Shown here one piece after another: positions 16,815 to 27,480 of a stretch of 42,094 bases of DNA (position 1 is the first letter of the stretch; every line of letters starts with the position of its first letter). Source of the stretch: Candidatus Micrarchaeia archaeon (GTDB taxonomy: Archaea > Micrarchaeota > Micrarchaeia > Micrarchaeales > CABMGC01); the NCBI GenBank assembly GCA_049976305.1, contig JBMFIM010000007.1, forward strand, positions 1-42,094, written 5' to 3'. The notes under the pieces are model-generated. The model did no database searches. It had not been told where the DNA came from and saw only the letters and a list, made by a program, of their open reading frames with translations. The translations under genes and the position numbers were made by a program.

Positions 16815-18122
16815 ATGGTTTTTGGTGTGGTATTGACTTTGCTGATTGAAAAACAAGCATACCACAACAAATACGAAGAGGCGGCCAGGGAAGCTGCAGA
16901 TTACTTGATCAGCCAGATAGGCTCTGACGGCTACCTTCCAGCAGCCAAAGACTACAGATGGTACAAACCTCACTGGTTCAGAGATACTTCTTGGGTTGCT
17001 GTAGCTCTTCTTCGTTATGCAGGCTATTTGAAAGAGAGAGGCCAAGAATATAAAGAGTACCTGGAAGCGGCAAATCGTATTATTGAGTTCAACATAAGCG
17101 CTTTGGAGAAGTATATTCCTAACTTGCAGAATAGCCTTAAGATAAGCCTTGACGACGAGGAATTCTTCAAGCTCTACAACCACATACCTGCTAGGGTCGG
17201 TAGATCCAAGGAGCTGTACAAAGAAGACGGAATGGATGATACCCCTCAGAAAAATGTTGCAAGGAGCTGGCTTCTGCAATACGATACCATTCCGCTAATC
17301 CTTATGACTCTTTACAAAAAGAACCAAATTTTCGGGTTGGATAATAAAGAGGTCGAGTTTTTAAAAAGCAATGTAGTCACAATTGCCAATTATCTTGGTA
17401 AAATATTTGGTACTGAATGCGCTTCTGCTTGGGAGATAGAACCGGAGCTTCTGCATGCTTATGACGTAGCTGCAATACACTTTGCATTCAAAGTGCTTTC
17501 TGAATTCTCTGAGCAGTACGACTTAGGAATTGATAACCAGGAAATAGAGCATATAAAGAACACGCTATACAAAGGCGATCCTCTTCAGTTTCTTAGAAGG
17601 TTCTTTGTCCACGGCGATATGTTGTATCGGGCTAAAAGAAGCTTTGAAAATAAGCCGTTATTAGAAAAGGGCGTCGGCTCATCAGCCATATTCATCTTCC
17701 TTAATTTCGGAATAACAGGTATAGATCTAGGCGCCCCAGAAATAGAAAAAAACACCATAGAGCGCATTGAGGCCGATCTTTTCAATGGCAACATGCTGCC
17801 GATAAGATTTCTTGGGGACACCTACTTTAATGGCGGGCGATGGCTTCTCTTGGGCCTCTCTTTTGCGGAATACTATGCAAATACCAATAGGCTGGAGAAA
17901 GCGAAAGAAATTTTGGATTATGTAATAGACAAATATGAAGGTTCGTATCCTGAGCAGGAGCTTGTAAACCCTGCAAGCCCAGGTGCTGACGAAGAGCGTA
18001 TAAAGGAAAATGGGGGCAAACCGATTCAAGACCTTGCTTGGTCCTATGCAGCGGTCATAACTGCTTCGCTTGCAGTCTTGTCGGCGATGCAAGAAAGCAT
18101 GAGAGAAGCAATGAGAAGGTAG
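16815..18122 (+). CDS. GH15-like six-hairpin glycosidase (glucoamylase/trehalase-like)
   Basis: WFRD, AWEIE, YPEQ, LAWSYA motifs; no clear signal peptide. Confidence 0.8.
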   Translation: MVFGVVLTLLIEKQAYHNKYEEAAREAADYLISQIGSDGYLPAAKDYRWYKPHWFRDTSWVAVALLRYAGYLKERGQEYKEYLEAANRIIEFNISALEKYIPNLQNSLKISLDDEEFFKLYNHIPARVGRSKELYKEDGMDDTPQKNVARSWLLQYDTIPLILMTLYKKNQIFGLDNKEVEFLKSNVVTIANYLGKIFGTECASAWEIEPELLHAYDVAAIHFAFKVLSEFSEQYDLGIDNQEIEHIKNTLYKGDPLQFLRRFFVHGDMLYRAKRSFENKPLLEKGVGSSAIFIFLNFGITGIDLGAPEIEKNTIERIEADLFNGNMLPIRFLGDTYFNGGRWLLLGLSFAEYYANTNRLEKAKEILDYVIDKYEGSYPEQELVNPASPGADEERIKENGGKPIQDLAWSYAAVITASLAVLSAMQESMREAMRR

Positions 18123-18169
18123 ATAAAGAAAAAGTTTAAAAGCTTCTAACAAAAATTTATACCGATTAA

Positions 18170-20155
18170 ATGCTGCTATACATACTCGTCTTCGGTATAG
18201 TGGCCTTGCTGTTTTCACTTGCAGCAGCCTATGTTACCCTCAGGAAGCCGGCAGGAAACAAGCAGATGCAGGATGTAGCCAGTGCAATTAGGCAGGGAGC
18301 AACTGCATATCTCAACAGGCAAGGAAAGGTAATTGGAATATTTGCAGTAGTGCTTGCAATACTTTTCTTTGTTCTTTTCTATGCGCACAACGGCCTGCTA
18401 ATAGACATAGCTTTTCTAACAGGCGCTTTGACTTCTTATCTTACTGCATACTTGGGCATGAATGTTGCAGTAAGGGCTAACGTGCGCACAACTGAAATGG
18501 CGAAGCACGGAGCCGAGAACGCCTTCTACACAGCCATAGTTGGAGGTGCGGTAACAGGGTTTGCTGCAGTAGGTTTCGGCATAATAGGCTTGGTGCTTAT
18601 ACTTAATCTCGTAGGCTTAGACAAAATACCTTTGCTAATTGGCTTTGGTTTTGGGGCTTCACTAGTTTCGCTTTTTGCAAGAGTTGGAGGCGGAATATAC
18701 ACAAAGTCAGCAGATGTTGGTGCCGATCTAGTTGGCAAGACCGAGCTTAACCTGCCTGAAGACGATCCTAGAAATCCTGCAGTAATAGCAGACAATGTGG
18801 GAGACAATGTAGGCGACTGTGCAGGCATGGCCGCCGACGTATATGAAAGCTATGTAGTTACTATTGTAGCATCCTTGCTTATTGCGGCTGCAATGCCAAT
18901 AGTCAAGCCAAGCCTTGTGGCATATCCTTTTGTAATTGCAAGCATAGGGATTGTGTCCAGTCTAGTCAGCATGCTTTTCCTCAAGGGAGCAAAGGCGGAG
19001 CTTACTCTTTACAAAGGCATAGGCTCTGCGGTAGTTACTGCAGCACTGCTTGATCTTCTTGCCACATATCTCATGGGCTTCAGCCTAGCATATTTTGTAC
19101 CGGTGCTTTCTGGTCTAGTTCTAGTGATTTTGCTTTTCGCTATAACCGATTACTTTACAGGCAGGCATACGAAAAGGGTCATAAAGGTAGCACAGGCAGC
19201 GCAAGGCGGAGGGGGCACCGGAGTTATCATGGGCCTTTCAGTGGGTCTCAGGTCAACGGTGTGGCCAGTTGTGGCGATAGTTGTGGCAATACTTATTAGC
19301 TATGCTGCAGTAGGCGTTTATGGAATCGGGATTGCTGCTGCCGGCATGCTCTCGCTAACTGCAACTGTGCTCACCATAGATTCGTTTGGCCCTATTACAG
19401 ACAATGCAGGAGGCATAGCGGAGATGAGCCATGCAGAAGGAAAGGTAAGAGAAGTAACTGACCTGCTCGATGCAGTAGGCAATACAACCAAGGCTACGAC
19501 TAAAGGCTTTGCAATAGGCAGCGCAGCGCTCTCAGCAACTGCTTTGTTTGTAGCATATGCCAGCGCCGCAAAGCTAAGTATAATCGACGCGCTGAATCCT
19601 AGCGTGACAATAGGCATATTCATTGGCGCTTTGCTGCCTTTTGTCTTTTCCTCATTCCTCATGGAAGCAGTAAGCAAAGGCGCCGAAGCATTGGTAGAGG
19701 AGGTAAGAAGGCAGTTCAAGACGATAAAAGGGCTAATGTCGGGAAAGGCGAAGCCGGATTATGCTAAAGTAGTAGATATGACGACTGTAAACGCTTTGAA
19801 GAACCTTGTAGTGCCTGAGCTTGTGGCGATACTTGTGCCCATAGCAGTTGGCCTAATACCTTATCTCGGCAGGCAGGCCCTCGCAGGCTTGCTTGTGGGC
19901 ATGATCCCTGCTAGCTTCATGCTTGCACTTTTCATGGCCAACAGCGGCGCGGCGATGGACAACGCAAAGAAGTATGTGGAAGCAGGCCACTTCGGGGGCA
20001 AAGGCAGCGAGACCCACAAGGCTGCGGTAGTGGGCGACACTGTCGGAGATCCGCTAAAGGACACAGCAGGCCCCGCTCTTAACTCAATGATAAAGGTAGT
20101 AAGCACAATATCTATCCTTCTTGCACCGTTCTTTGTTGCAACTTTGCTTCTCTAG
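18170..20155 (+). CDS. hppA: Membrane-bound pyrophosphatase, K+-independent type
   Basis: GGIYTKSADVGADLVGK, EDDPRNP, DNVGDNVGD, GDTVGDPLKD; GNTTKA (Lys variant marks K+-independence). Confidence 0.96.
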   Translation: MLLYILVFGIVALLFSLAAAYVTLRKPAGNKQMQDVASAIRQGATAYLNRQGKVIGIFAVVLAILFFVLFYAHNGLLIDIAFLTGALTSYLTAYLGMNVAVRANVRTTEMAKHGAENAFYTAIVGGAVTGFAAVGFGIIGLVLILNLVGLDKIPLLIGFGFGASLVSLFARVGGGIYTKSADVGADLVGKTELNLPEDDPRNPAVIADNVGDNVGDCAGMAADVYESYVVTIVASLLIAAAMPIVKPSLVAYPFVIASIGIVSSLVSMLFLKGAKAELTLYKGIGSAVVTAALLDLLATYLMGFSLAYFVPVLSGLVLVILLFAITDYFTGRHTKRVIKVAQAAQGGGGTGVIMGLSVGLRSTVWPVVAIVVAILISYAAVGVYGIGIAAAGMLSLTATVLTIDSFGPITDNAGGIAEMSHAEGKVREVTDLLDAVGNTTKATTKGFAIGSAALSATALFVAYASAAKLSIIDALNPSVTIGIFIGALLPFVFSSFLMEAVSKGAEALVEEVRRQFKTIKGLMSGKAKPDYAKVVDMTTVNALKNLVVPELVAILVPIAVGLIPYLGRQALAGLLVGMIPASFMLALFMANSGAAMDNAKKYVEAGHFGGKGSETHKAAVVGDTVGDPLKDTAGPALNSMIKVVSTISILLAPFFVATLLL

Positions 20156-20856
20156 CTGGCAAAAGATTTTAGCAGGGCGATGGCCTGCTTGATGCCGGCC
20201 TTGGAAGAGCCGGCAGCCCTAACATGGAAGGTGTACGGAATTTCGCATATATTTAGTTCGCCGCTCTTTACGCACTTGAGCAGGTCGAACAATACCTTAT
20301 AGCCTTCGCCCACAAATCTTTGCTTGTTTTTTGAATAGATTGATTTGAAAAGTTCAGCCTTTACGCCGAAAAAGCCAGAGAAGATGTCTTTGCTTGTCTG
20401 TTTTCTTCCTAGTTTTAAAACAACAAGGCCAAGAAGCATTAGGGACTTGGAGATAAGCTTTCTCCACTTTGACCACTTGGTTACATTTGCCCTTACTGCT
20501 ATCACCAAATCATGGTTAAGAAGGCATTTTGCTATCTTCGCCACAACTTCTGGTGGGTGCTGCAAGTCTGCATCCATGACTATTGCATAGGGCGTTTTAG
20601 CCTCAAGGAGGCCATGCACTATACTGTGCGTAAGCCCTCTTTCCAAACCCATTCCCTTCCTGTCCACAAACCTTACTTTCTTGTTTTTTCTTGCTATCCT
20701 TTCTACAATTTTCCTTGTATTGTCTTTAGACCCGTCATCCATTACTAGCACGCTTATTCCTTGATAGTGGCTCAAGAGGTAGCGTATGAGCTTGCCTATT
20801 GTTGCTTCCTCATTCAGCGTTGGGAGTACAATTGTGTAATTAGCATAGTCTATCAT
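20152..20856 (-). CDS. GT2 polyprenol-phosphate glycosyltransferase (DPM1-like)
   Basis: PTLNE, DDGSKDNT, MDADLQHPPE, DIFSGFF, EIPYTF..R..GSSK. Confidence 0.92.
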   Translation of the reverse strand: MIDYANYTIVLPTLNEEATIGKLIRYLLSHYQGISVLVMDDGSKDNTRKIVERIARKNKKVRFVDRKGMGLERGLTHSIVHGLLEAKTPYAIVMDADLQHPPEVVAKIAKCLLNHDLVIAVRANVTKWSKWRKLISKSLMLLGLVVLKLGRKQTSKDIFSGFFGVKAELFKSIYSKNKQRFVGEGYKVLFDLLKCVKSGELNICEIPYTFHVRAAGSSKAGIKQAIALLKSFAS

Positions 20857-22403
20857 TCAATCGCTGCAAACAGAGCCGCATAATTCAGCACTGCCCTTAT
20901 CATTCTGCTTAGCATAGGCACGCGCGAAGTTATTGTTTCTATTCTTTTTATATCTCTCTTCCCTACTGCTTTTGTAAGCCCTATTATTGGCGGATATGCT
21001 ATAAACAGAAGAGCAAACGCTACTGCTAGTTTGAGTGTCGGGTACATGCTGATTAGAAGCACTGGCATAAATACAATTACAAGCAGCAAGTTTGCAAAAG
21101 CTATTCTATAAATCCTTCGTGGAAACACCGTTATGGCATCTTTTCCTATCTCATGCAAGTACAAGAAGTCTGCAATAGCCGGGCCCACAAAGTACAGAAC
21201 TCCGATAAGTGCATATATTGTGAAATACGGTATTAGCAGCACCAGCAGAGCAAGCTCTGCTAATCCAACCACTGCAGAGAATGCAAACACCTTCTTTACC
21301 TTCGCTTTGCTTACAACAATCGAGCTTGCAGGGGCGCCAAGTATTGAAATTAGCAGTGAGGCGCTCATTATGGCGATGTAAACATACACGCCCTCATATC
21401 TTGGAAATACAGTATACATTATCGGATGCGAGAACATTACAAAGAACACAACGAACGGTGTTGCGAAAAGGTAGATAAGATAAAGCATGTAAGACACTAT
21501 TTCGCTAGTTTCCTTCTTGTGCTCAAGGTTTAATGAAGAAAAGAATGGAAGCAAAACCACCATCGAGCCGGTGAATATGCCAAGTATGCTCTCAACTCTT
21601 GAAGCTACTCCGTAATCGCCTATCGTGCTAGATGCCACGTACATGGCAAGGAGCAGTACGCCTATGTTAGAAGGCAGCGAAGAGAAGAAGTTTGAGCCTG
21701 CTATAGGAAGAGAAAAGGAGAATATGCTTTTCATCCTTTCTCTAAACTCTTTAACGCTCAAAGCTATAGGCGCATGCTTCCTTATCCGCCATAAAACTGC
21801 TAAAGATCCTATGGACAATCCTGCAAAAAGCCCCAGCACCGCACCCATTACGCCGAACCCTAGCCAAACAAGCGTGACGCTTACAGCCGCTTGGGAAACA
21901 GTGTAGACTATGCTGGCAATAGTGCTTCCTTTGCCATCGTTGAATCCTATCAGCGCCCCGTGCCCAACACCATAGAGCATAGAGAACACTATGCTTACAA
22001 TCGCTACGACCAGTACTCCAAAATAGGCAAAGGAATGGAAGAGGGCAAAAGTAAGATAGTGCGAAAATGCAAGGCCTATCAGAACAATAATTGTGCCTAG
22101 CAGGAGTATTGTAGCAATGCTGCTCCCTATAAGCCTTTGCAGCTCGTCAGAGTTTTTTGTCTTTGGTATGCTTCTCTCCAAATATGTCGCTATACCGAAA
22201 TTGCCAACTGCGCCAAAGGCCCCAGCGACGCTCACCGCTACTACGTATGCCCCGTAGTTAGAGGGCCCAAGAAGCCTTGCAATAGCGACAAACGCAAGGC
22301 CATAGACTATGAGAGTAAACAGCCCACTGAATGCTAAGTAAGAGGCGGTGGTTGTCGCCTTTACGCTCTTTTCCTCTATGCTTTCTTCAGCTTCGTAGGG
22401 CAT
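20853..22403 (-). CDS. MOP-superfamily oligosaccharide flippase (Wzx/AglR-like)
   Basis: About 14 hydrophobic segments, ARLLGPSNYG, FSLP, GDYGVA. Confidence 0.88.
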   Translation of the reverse strand: MPYEAEESIEEKSVKATTTASYLAFSGLFTLIVYGLAFVAIARLLGPSNYGAYVVAVSVAGAFGAVGNFGIATYLERSIPKTKNSDELQRLIGSSIATILLLGTIIVLIGLAFSHYLTFALFHSFAYFGVLVVAIVSIVFSMLYGVGHGALIGFNDGKGSTIASIVYTVSQAAVSVTLVWLGFGVMGAVLGLFAGLSIGSLAVLWRIRKHAPIALSVKEFRERMKSIFSFSLPIAGSNFFSSLPSNIGVLLLAMYVASSTIGDYGVASRVESILGIFTGSMVVLLPFFSSLNLEHKKETSEIVSYMLYLIYLFATPFVVFFVMFSHPIMYTVFPRYEGVYVYIAIMSASLLISILGAPASSIVVSKAKVKKVFAFSAVVGLAELALLVLLIPYFTIYALIGVLYFVGPAIADFLYLHEIGKDAITVFPRRIYRIAFANLLLVIVFMPVLLISMYPTLKLAVAFALLFIAYPPIIGLTKAVGKRDIKRIETITSRVPMLSRMIRAVLNYAALFAAIE

Positions 22404-22410
22404 TTAAGCA

Positions 22411-23940
22411 CTATACAAATTTTCCAGCATATTCTATTAATCCCTTAGCCCAGCCAGCATGCAAAGATTCTGCAAAGCGCCTCAGGTCGTTTATTCCTTC
22501 CTTGTCAACAACTTTTAGAAGGCCGAGCAAAGGAGGATAAAGCAGAAAAGTAACTAAAAGCCCATATGCTATTTCAAGCAAATTGCCTTTTAGCAGGTTG
22601 CCGGCTAGCAGCAGCACGCCGAGCAAAATGTTCGCAAGATATGCCTTAGCAAGCTTCTTTGAATTTATTCTTATTTGCAAGTCCTTCTCTGTAGCGTATG
22701 CAAACGCGAAGCTCGACACAATTCCGCCGACAATGAATATTGCCACTACTGCCCCGATTGCGCCCCAAGCAGGGATTAGAACGAGCAGCGCGACAAGCTG
22801 TGCAATTGCGGTAGCAAGGTAAAACTTCATAACCTTTATTGTCTTCTCTCTAGCGGTGAAAATTGTCGCCAACAGTCTTCCAAGCAGGAACAAAGCCAAG
22901 CCCAAAGATGCAAGGGAGAGATAAAGTGGAGCTAGCTTATACCTGTTTGAAAGGAGCAAAAAGACCAAGGGCTTTGATAGGGCAGACATGAAAGTAAGCA
23001 AAGGAAGGGTAATGACAAGTGCATATGTCACTGTCTTTGTGATTTTTGCTTCAGAATTTTCGCTCGGCCTTGCATTGATATATGAAAAGCCAGACAGCAA
23101 GGCGGTATATATTGCTCCATACATCGCATATATGCCCGCATTGAGCCTTGTCGCTACCCCGTAGTTGCCTATTATACTCGAGGCGACATATATGCCTAGA
23201 AGCAGGGCGGAGAGCTGCATTACGCCTGTGTTCATTATGTTCGTGGTGCCTAGAGGCAGGCTGAACGCCAATGCATTCTTCACCTCTTGCCAGCTTAGCT
23301 TGGACAAGCTTGCTTGTGAAAGATCGTTTAGCAAGAATGCCAATCCCACAAGGAAGCCTGTGCCGTAGCCGATCACAATGCCCAGCACTGCGCCGTTGAA
23401 GCCATAGCCGAGAAGGATCAGCAAAACGCTGGCAACGAGCTGAACTGTGTACTCTGCTATCACGGAAACCGCCATGCGCATAGGCTTACCCAACCCTATC
23501 AAGGCGCTTGTCTCGCTTCCGAAAGGCACAGCGAAAAGAATTACAAAAGATGCTATAACTAGGGTAGTAAAGCTCACTCCAGAACTCTTATAGGCTCCTG
23601 AGACCAGATATCCTGCGCATACGCCTACAAGCATGGTGGCTGCACCGAGCAAAAAGCTGAGCAACAAGCCTAGAAGGAGCGTGTTCGCAGCTTTCTTCGT
23701 CTCGCCCTTGGTACTATACTCTGTAAGATACTTATTCATGTATTGGCCTAGGCCGTAGCTCATTGCTGCATCGACAAGCAGGTAGAAGCTCACCGCTATT
23801 GTATAGGCTCCGTATTGGCTCGGGCCGAGCAGCCTGGCAACTGCTATTATTGTGACAATGCCTATCAGGAATCCTGTAACATTGCCAAGCATCGCGCCTG
23901 AAAGCGAACTAGCAAGCCTTCTGCCATAGCTTTCAGCCAT
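22411..23940 (-). CDS. MOP-superfamily oligosaccharide flippase, paralog
   Basis: ARLLGPSQYG, FSLP, GNYGVA; collinear with the neighbouring flippase. Confidence 0.88.
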   Translation of the reverse strand: MAESYGRRLASSLSGAMLGNVTGFLIGIVTIIAVARLLGPSQYGAYTIAVSFYLLVDAAMSYGLGQYMNKYLTEYSTKGETKKAANTLLLGLLLSFLLGAATMLVGVCAGYLVSGAYKSSGVSFTTLVIASFVILFAVPFGSETSALIGLGKPMRMAVSVIAEYTVQLVASVLLILLGYGFNGAVLGIVIGYGTGFLVGLAFLLNDLSQASLSKLSWQEVKNALAFSLPLGTTNIMNTGVMQLSALLLGIYVASSIIGNYGVATRLNAGIYAMYGAIYTALLSGFSYINARPSENSEAKITKTVTYALVITLPLLTFMSALSKPLVFLLLSNRYKLAPLYLSLASLGLALFLLGRLLATIFTAREKTIKVMKFYLATAIAQLVALLVLIPAWGAIGAVVAIFIVGGIVSSFAFAYATEKDLQIRINSKKLAKAYLANILLGVLLLAGNLLKGNLLEIAYGLLVTFLLYPPLLGLLKVVDKEGINDLRRFAESLHAGWAKGLIEYAGKFV

Positions 23941-24053
23941 TAAACCGTATTAATTTACTTAGCTTGTCTTTAAAAATTAGAGTGGAGCACACTTCTGCGC
24001 ATTTAGGAACTTGCGATTTCATAGGATTATTTTATGCTGGCTTCCAAACAGTA

Positions 24054-24108
24054 TTTAACAACGTGAGCTGGAAATCCCGCGCTCTTTACACGTAGGATGA
24101 AAGCGAAC
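24054..24108 (+). mobile_element. Degenerate IS200/IS605-like left-end remnant
   Basis: TTTAA|CAACGTGAGCTGGAAATCCCGCG-CTCTTTACA-CGTAGGATGAAAGCGAA: imperfect subterminal hairpin with GAAATCC...GGATGAAAGC flanks. Resemblance recalled from IS605 ends, not searched; no transposase follows. Confidence 0.5.
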
Positions 24109-24208
24109 TGCTGCTATGGCTATTGCAGGCATGTATAAAAAGACATATAAGTTATTTTAGTAAAAATTATAGAGCAAGGAAGTGTAATAAAAGGCGAGCG
24201 ATGATAAG

Positions 24209-26410
24209 ATGATCATGATTAAAAAGTACAAGGCAGAAGCCTACGCCGCACTTGCCTACTTAATTATAGCACTTGTCTTCTTCTGGCCAGCGCTTGCTGG
24301 CAAACTACCAGGCTCTGGCGGCGACGCTTACCAGAGTGCATGGGAGCTTTGGTGGGTTTCATACTCGCTGTTTGTGCTCCACACCTCTCCATATTTTACA
24401 AACTTTGTTTTCGCCCCAGTAGGCGCAAATCTTGTAACCCAAACAATGGCGCCTTTGGCAGGCATCATTGCAGCGCCAATACAGGCAATTAGTCCGGCAG
24501 CCGCGCTTTCGTTCATTTTCTTCTTGGGCTTCGTCCTTTCAGGCTTGTTCGCTTATTTGCTCATCTTTTACCTTACAAAAGACAGGCTTGCATCTTTTCT
24601 TGGTGGCTTCATTTTTGCATTTAGCCCCATACATGTTGTACAAGCTTTGGGGCATTTGCAATATACAAACATCGAGTTCCTGCCCCTGTTCCTTCTAGGC
24701 CTACTTCTGCTAATTGAAAAGAAGCAGCACAAGCATGCTGTGCTTGTTGCCGTGTCATTTGTTTTTCTTACCTTTATGGGCGATATAGAGCAAGCCCTTA
24801 TGGCCATTGTTCTTGCATTCCTTGTTATTGTCTACATGCTGCTAAGAAAAGAAGAAAGGTCAAAGCTTAATTTGAGGTTTTGGGCCCTGCTTGCAGAGGT
24901 CATTGTGCTAACTTTTATTTTTGGCTCGCCTGGCTTTCTTAGCATAGCACATGGCCTTAACAACGAAACGCTGGCTACTGTGAACATGCAGGCAGGCATA
25001 GCTTATAACGAGCTTTATAGCCCTGACCTTCTTTCGTTTTTTGTTCCTTCGCCAAGCAACGGTCTTCTCCAAAGCTTGCCGGAGTCAGTAGCTAGCATAT
25101 ACAAAGGCGATGTTGCAGAAACAACTGCGTATGTGGGCTATTCTGTTTTGCTTGTTGTAGCCTATGCCCTCTATGTCGACTACAAGAAAAACAAGCTAAA
25201 AACTACAGGCCTGTTTGCCTTTGTTGCATTCTTCTTCCTTTGGCTCAGCATAGGCCCATACTTGCAGGTTAATGGAACGATCACAGGCCTACCTGGCATA
25301 TACCTGCTTTACCACTCTATTCCATACTTCAACGTACTAAGGGAGCCAGGCAGGTTTAACATAGTGTCTGAGCTCATGCTTGCAGTAATCTTTGCTTACG
25401 GCTTCTCATGGCTTAGGAAAAGCACAACGCTTAGAAAAGAGGACAAGCAGTACTTGCTTGCTTTCATAGCTGTGCTATTGTTTGTCGAGTATTTTGCCAT
25501 GCCAATAGGCAGCAAAATGCTGAATAGCGAGTTTTCAAGCAGCTATGTGCCAAAGGCGTATTACGAGCTTGCCAAGTTGCCTGGAAGATTCTCTGTCCTG
25601 CTCTTGCCCGCATTGACCAACTATGCCAACTCGACTGCGCCCAACGAATACCCAGGCATGGCGCTTTACTATCAGACTATATTCAAAAAGCCTTTGGTCG
25701 GGGGATATCTAACTAGAGAGAACGCTACTCAGCTTTTCTCCTTATTCAACCTACCACTTGTAGTCTCAGCCTACTATCTGCAAGAGGGCCAAGGGCTAGT
25801 TTACCTTTCCCCGCTTATAACCAACTATACTAATGCTACAAAGTTCCTGCTCGCAGCATACAATGTCACATTTGTGGGCGTGATGAGGCGTGCTTACACC
25901 TTCACCGAGCTGGAGAACATAACAAGCTACCTTGCGAGCATGTTTGGCTATCCGATCTATGAAAGCAACACCACCATAATTTTCTCAACGGCCAACGCCT
26001 TGAGGACTGCAGGCACTTACCTTGCTGCTTATACGCCCGTGCTTGTAGGTGGCTATGGCAGTGTGGCAAGCACCTGGCAGCCAGGTTGGCTTCTTTGCCA
26101 ATACTACTCTGCTTTGTGCAACTCAACTTTCAGCACCATGTGGTGGGCCGCAAACCCTGCATTTGTAGAAATATACGTGCCTAAAACAGAGAATTTGAGC
26201 ATATCCCTGCAGGCGATGTCTTTAAGCTCGATAAGCGTGGAGAACGTATATTTTGACGGCGTGCAGGTTGACAGGCTTACGCTGCAGCCCTTTGTAAAGA
26301 ACTTTACCATAAACGTCACAGCGATCAGGGGCATAAACTCGCTGGTCTTTGCACCAAGCACAGGAGAGCAGCAGCTTGGTGCGAGGAACATAACCATAGC
26401 AGTGCGCTAG
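24209..26410 (+). CDS. Large polytopic GT-C/YfhO-like membrane protein
   Basis: GD...W, F+FAFSP.H, YVGY, REPGRF, KPLVGGY; more than 10 TMs and a sequon-rich C-terminal domain. Confidence 0.7.
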   Translation: MIMIKKYKAEAYAALAYLIIALVFFWPALAGKLPGSGGDAYQSAWELWWVSYSLFVLHTSPYFTNFVFAPVGANLVTQTMAPLAGIIAAPIQAISPAAALSFIFFLGFVLSGLFAYLLIFYLTKDRLASFLGGFIFAFSPIHVVQALGHLQYTNIEFLPLFLLGLLLLIEKKQHKHAVLVAVSFVFLTFMGDIEQALMAIVLAFLVIVYMLLRKEERSKLNLRFWALLAEVIVLTFIFGSPGFLSIAHGLNNETLATVNMQAGIAYNELYSPDLLSFFVPSPSNGLLQSLPESVASIYKGDVAETTAYVGYSVLLVVAYALYVDYKKNKLKTTGLFAFVAFFFLWLSIGPYLQVNGTITGLPGIYLLYHSIPYFNVLREPGRFNIVSELMLAVIFAYGFSWLRKSTTLRKEDKQYLLAFIAVLLFVEYFAMPIGSKMLNSEFSSSYVPKAYYELAKLPGRFSVLLLPALTNYANSTAPNEYPGMALYYQTIFKKPLVGGYLTRENATQLFSLFNLPLVVSAYYLQEGQGLVYLSPLITNYTNATKFLLAAYNVTFVGVMRRAYTFTELENITSYLASMFGYPIYESNTTIIFSTANALRTAGTYLAAYTPVLVGGYGSVASTWQPGWLLCQYYSALCNSTFSTMWWAANPAFVEIYVPKTENLSISLQAMSLSSISVENVYFDGVQVDRLTLQPFVKNFTINVTAIRGINSLVFAPSTGEQQLGARNITIAVR

Positions 26411-26504
26411 CTACTCGTCAAGGCCAAATTTCTTTATCAAGGATAAACGAATTTGCACATTACTATTAAAAGCTTTTCTTCAGAAACCTTCTTTGGTGGG
26501 CTTT

Positions 26505-26759
26505 ATGTCAGTAGAGGATGAGCTGGTGGAGGGACAGGTCTACGAAGTAAGCATAAGGGCTAAGAACATACACGGCGAAGGCATAGGAAACATAAACAAC
26601 AATATAGTCTTCGTTAAGAACGCGAAGACAAGGGTAGGCAAGACGTACAAGGTGAGGATATCCAAGATATATAGGACTTTTGCGTACGCTGAGCTTGTCG
26701 ATGAGGAAGGCGACAATAGAAAGTATTTTATAGGTAATGGGAGTATACTTACCATATAA
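26505..26759 (+). CDS. Single TRAM-domain RNA-binding protein
   Basis: EGQVYEVSI....HGEGIG....IVFVKNA...KVRISKI..TFAYAE. Confidence 0.88.
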   Translation: MSVEDELVEGQVYEVSIRAKNIHGEGIGNINNNIVFVKNAKTRVGKTYKVRISKIYRTFAYAELVDEEGDNRKYFIGNGSILTI

Positions 26760-26795
26760 CTTCTTTGTTTTTTCGCTTTATTCTTAGGTGAATCA

Positions 26796-27443
26796 ATGGA
26801 TGTGAACGAGATTGCAAACAAGCTCCTCAAAGGCACCACCACCATAGGAATAATATGCAAGGACGGCGTGGTTATGGGGGCCGATTCAAGGGCAACGATG
26901 GACACCTTCATAGCCAGCAGCGAGGCTGTAAAGGTCTACAAAATAGACGAGCAGCTTGGAATGACAATCGCTGGCAGCGTGGCTTTTGCCGAGTACCTTG
27001 TCAAGGTTCTTAAGGTGCAGAATGAATTCTACAAGATGACCGAAGGCAAGCCCCTTTCTCCTGGTGCCGCAGCGTCTTTGCTCTCAATGGTTTTGCAGGA
27101 AAATGCAAACCCGTATCTGCTTGAGTTTACCGCTGTTCAGCTTATCGTTGGAGGCATTAACAAGGATGTTCCGGAGCTTTACGACCTGGACCCTCTTGGC
27201 GGTATATCAAAGGAGTCCAAGTTCTTCTCTTCTGGCTCAGGGTCCCTTACTGCTCTAGGCTACTTGGAGAGCGTTTTCGTGCCAGACATGAGCGCTGACG
27301 AGGCAGCAAGGCACACAGTCAAAGCGCTTAAGATTGCAATGAAAAGAGACTCGGCCACTGGCGACAACATAAAGGTTGTTGCTGTAACAAAGAAAGGGTT
27401 CAAAGAGTATTCAAAGGAAGAGATAGAGAAGCTTTCGAAATGA
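26796..27443 (+). CDS. psmB: Proteasome beta subunit
   Basis: Propeptide KG|TTTIG, GADSRAT, GSGS, RDSATGD; GGTGA RBS. Confidence 0.97.
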   Translation: MDVNEIANKLLKGTTTIGIICKDGVVMGADSRATMDTFIASSEAVKVYKIDEQLGMTIAGSVAFAEYLVKVLKVQNEFYKMTEGKPLSPGAAASLLSMVLQENANPYLLEFTAVQLIVGGINKDVPELYDLDPLGGISKESKFFSSGSGSLTALGYLESVFVPDMSADEAARHTVKALKIAMKRDSATGDNIKVVAVTKKGFKEYSKEEIEKLSK

Positions 27444-27480
27444 GTGCTTAGCTTAGTTGGTTTTCTAATTTACATAAGGA

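Noticed and set aside
16572..17279. 235-aa minus-strand ORF and other long antisense ORFs (e.g. 27552-28211, 34659-35249, 35959-36564)
   Set aside because: They lie opposite well-supported genes and show no recognisable motifs.
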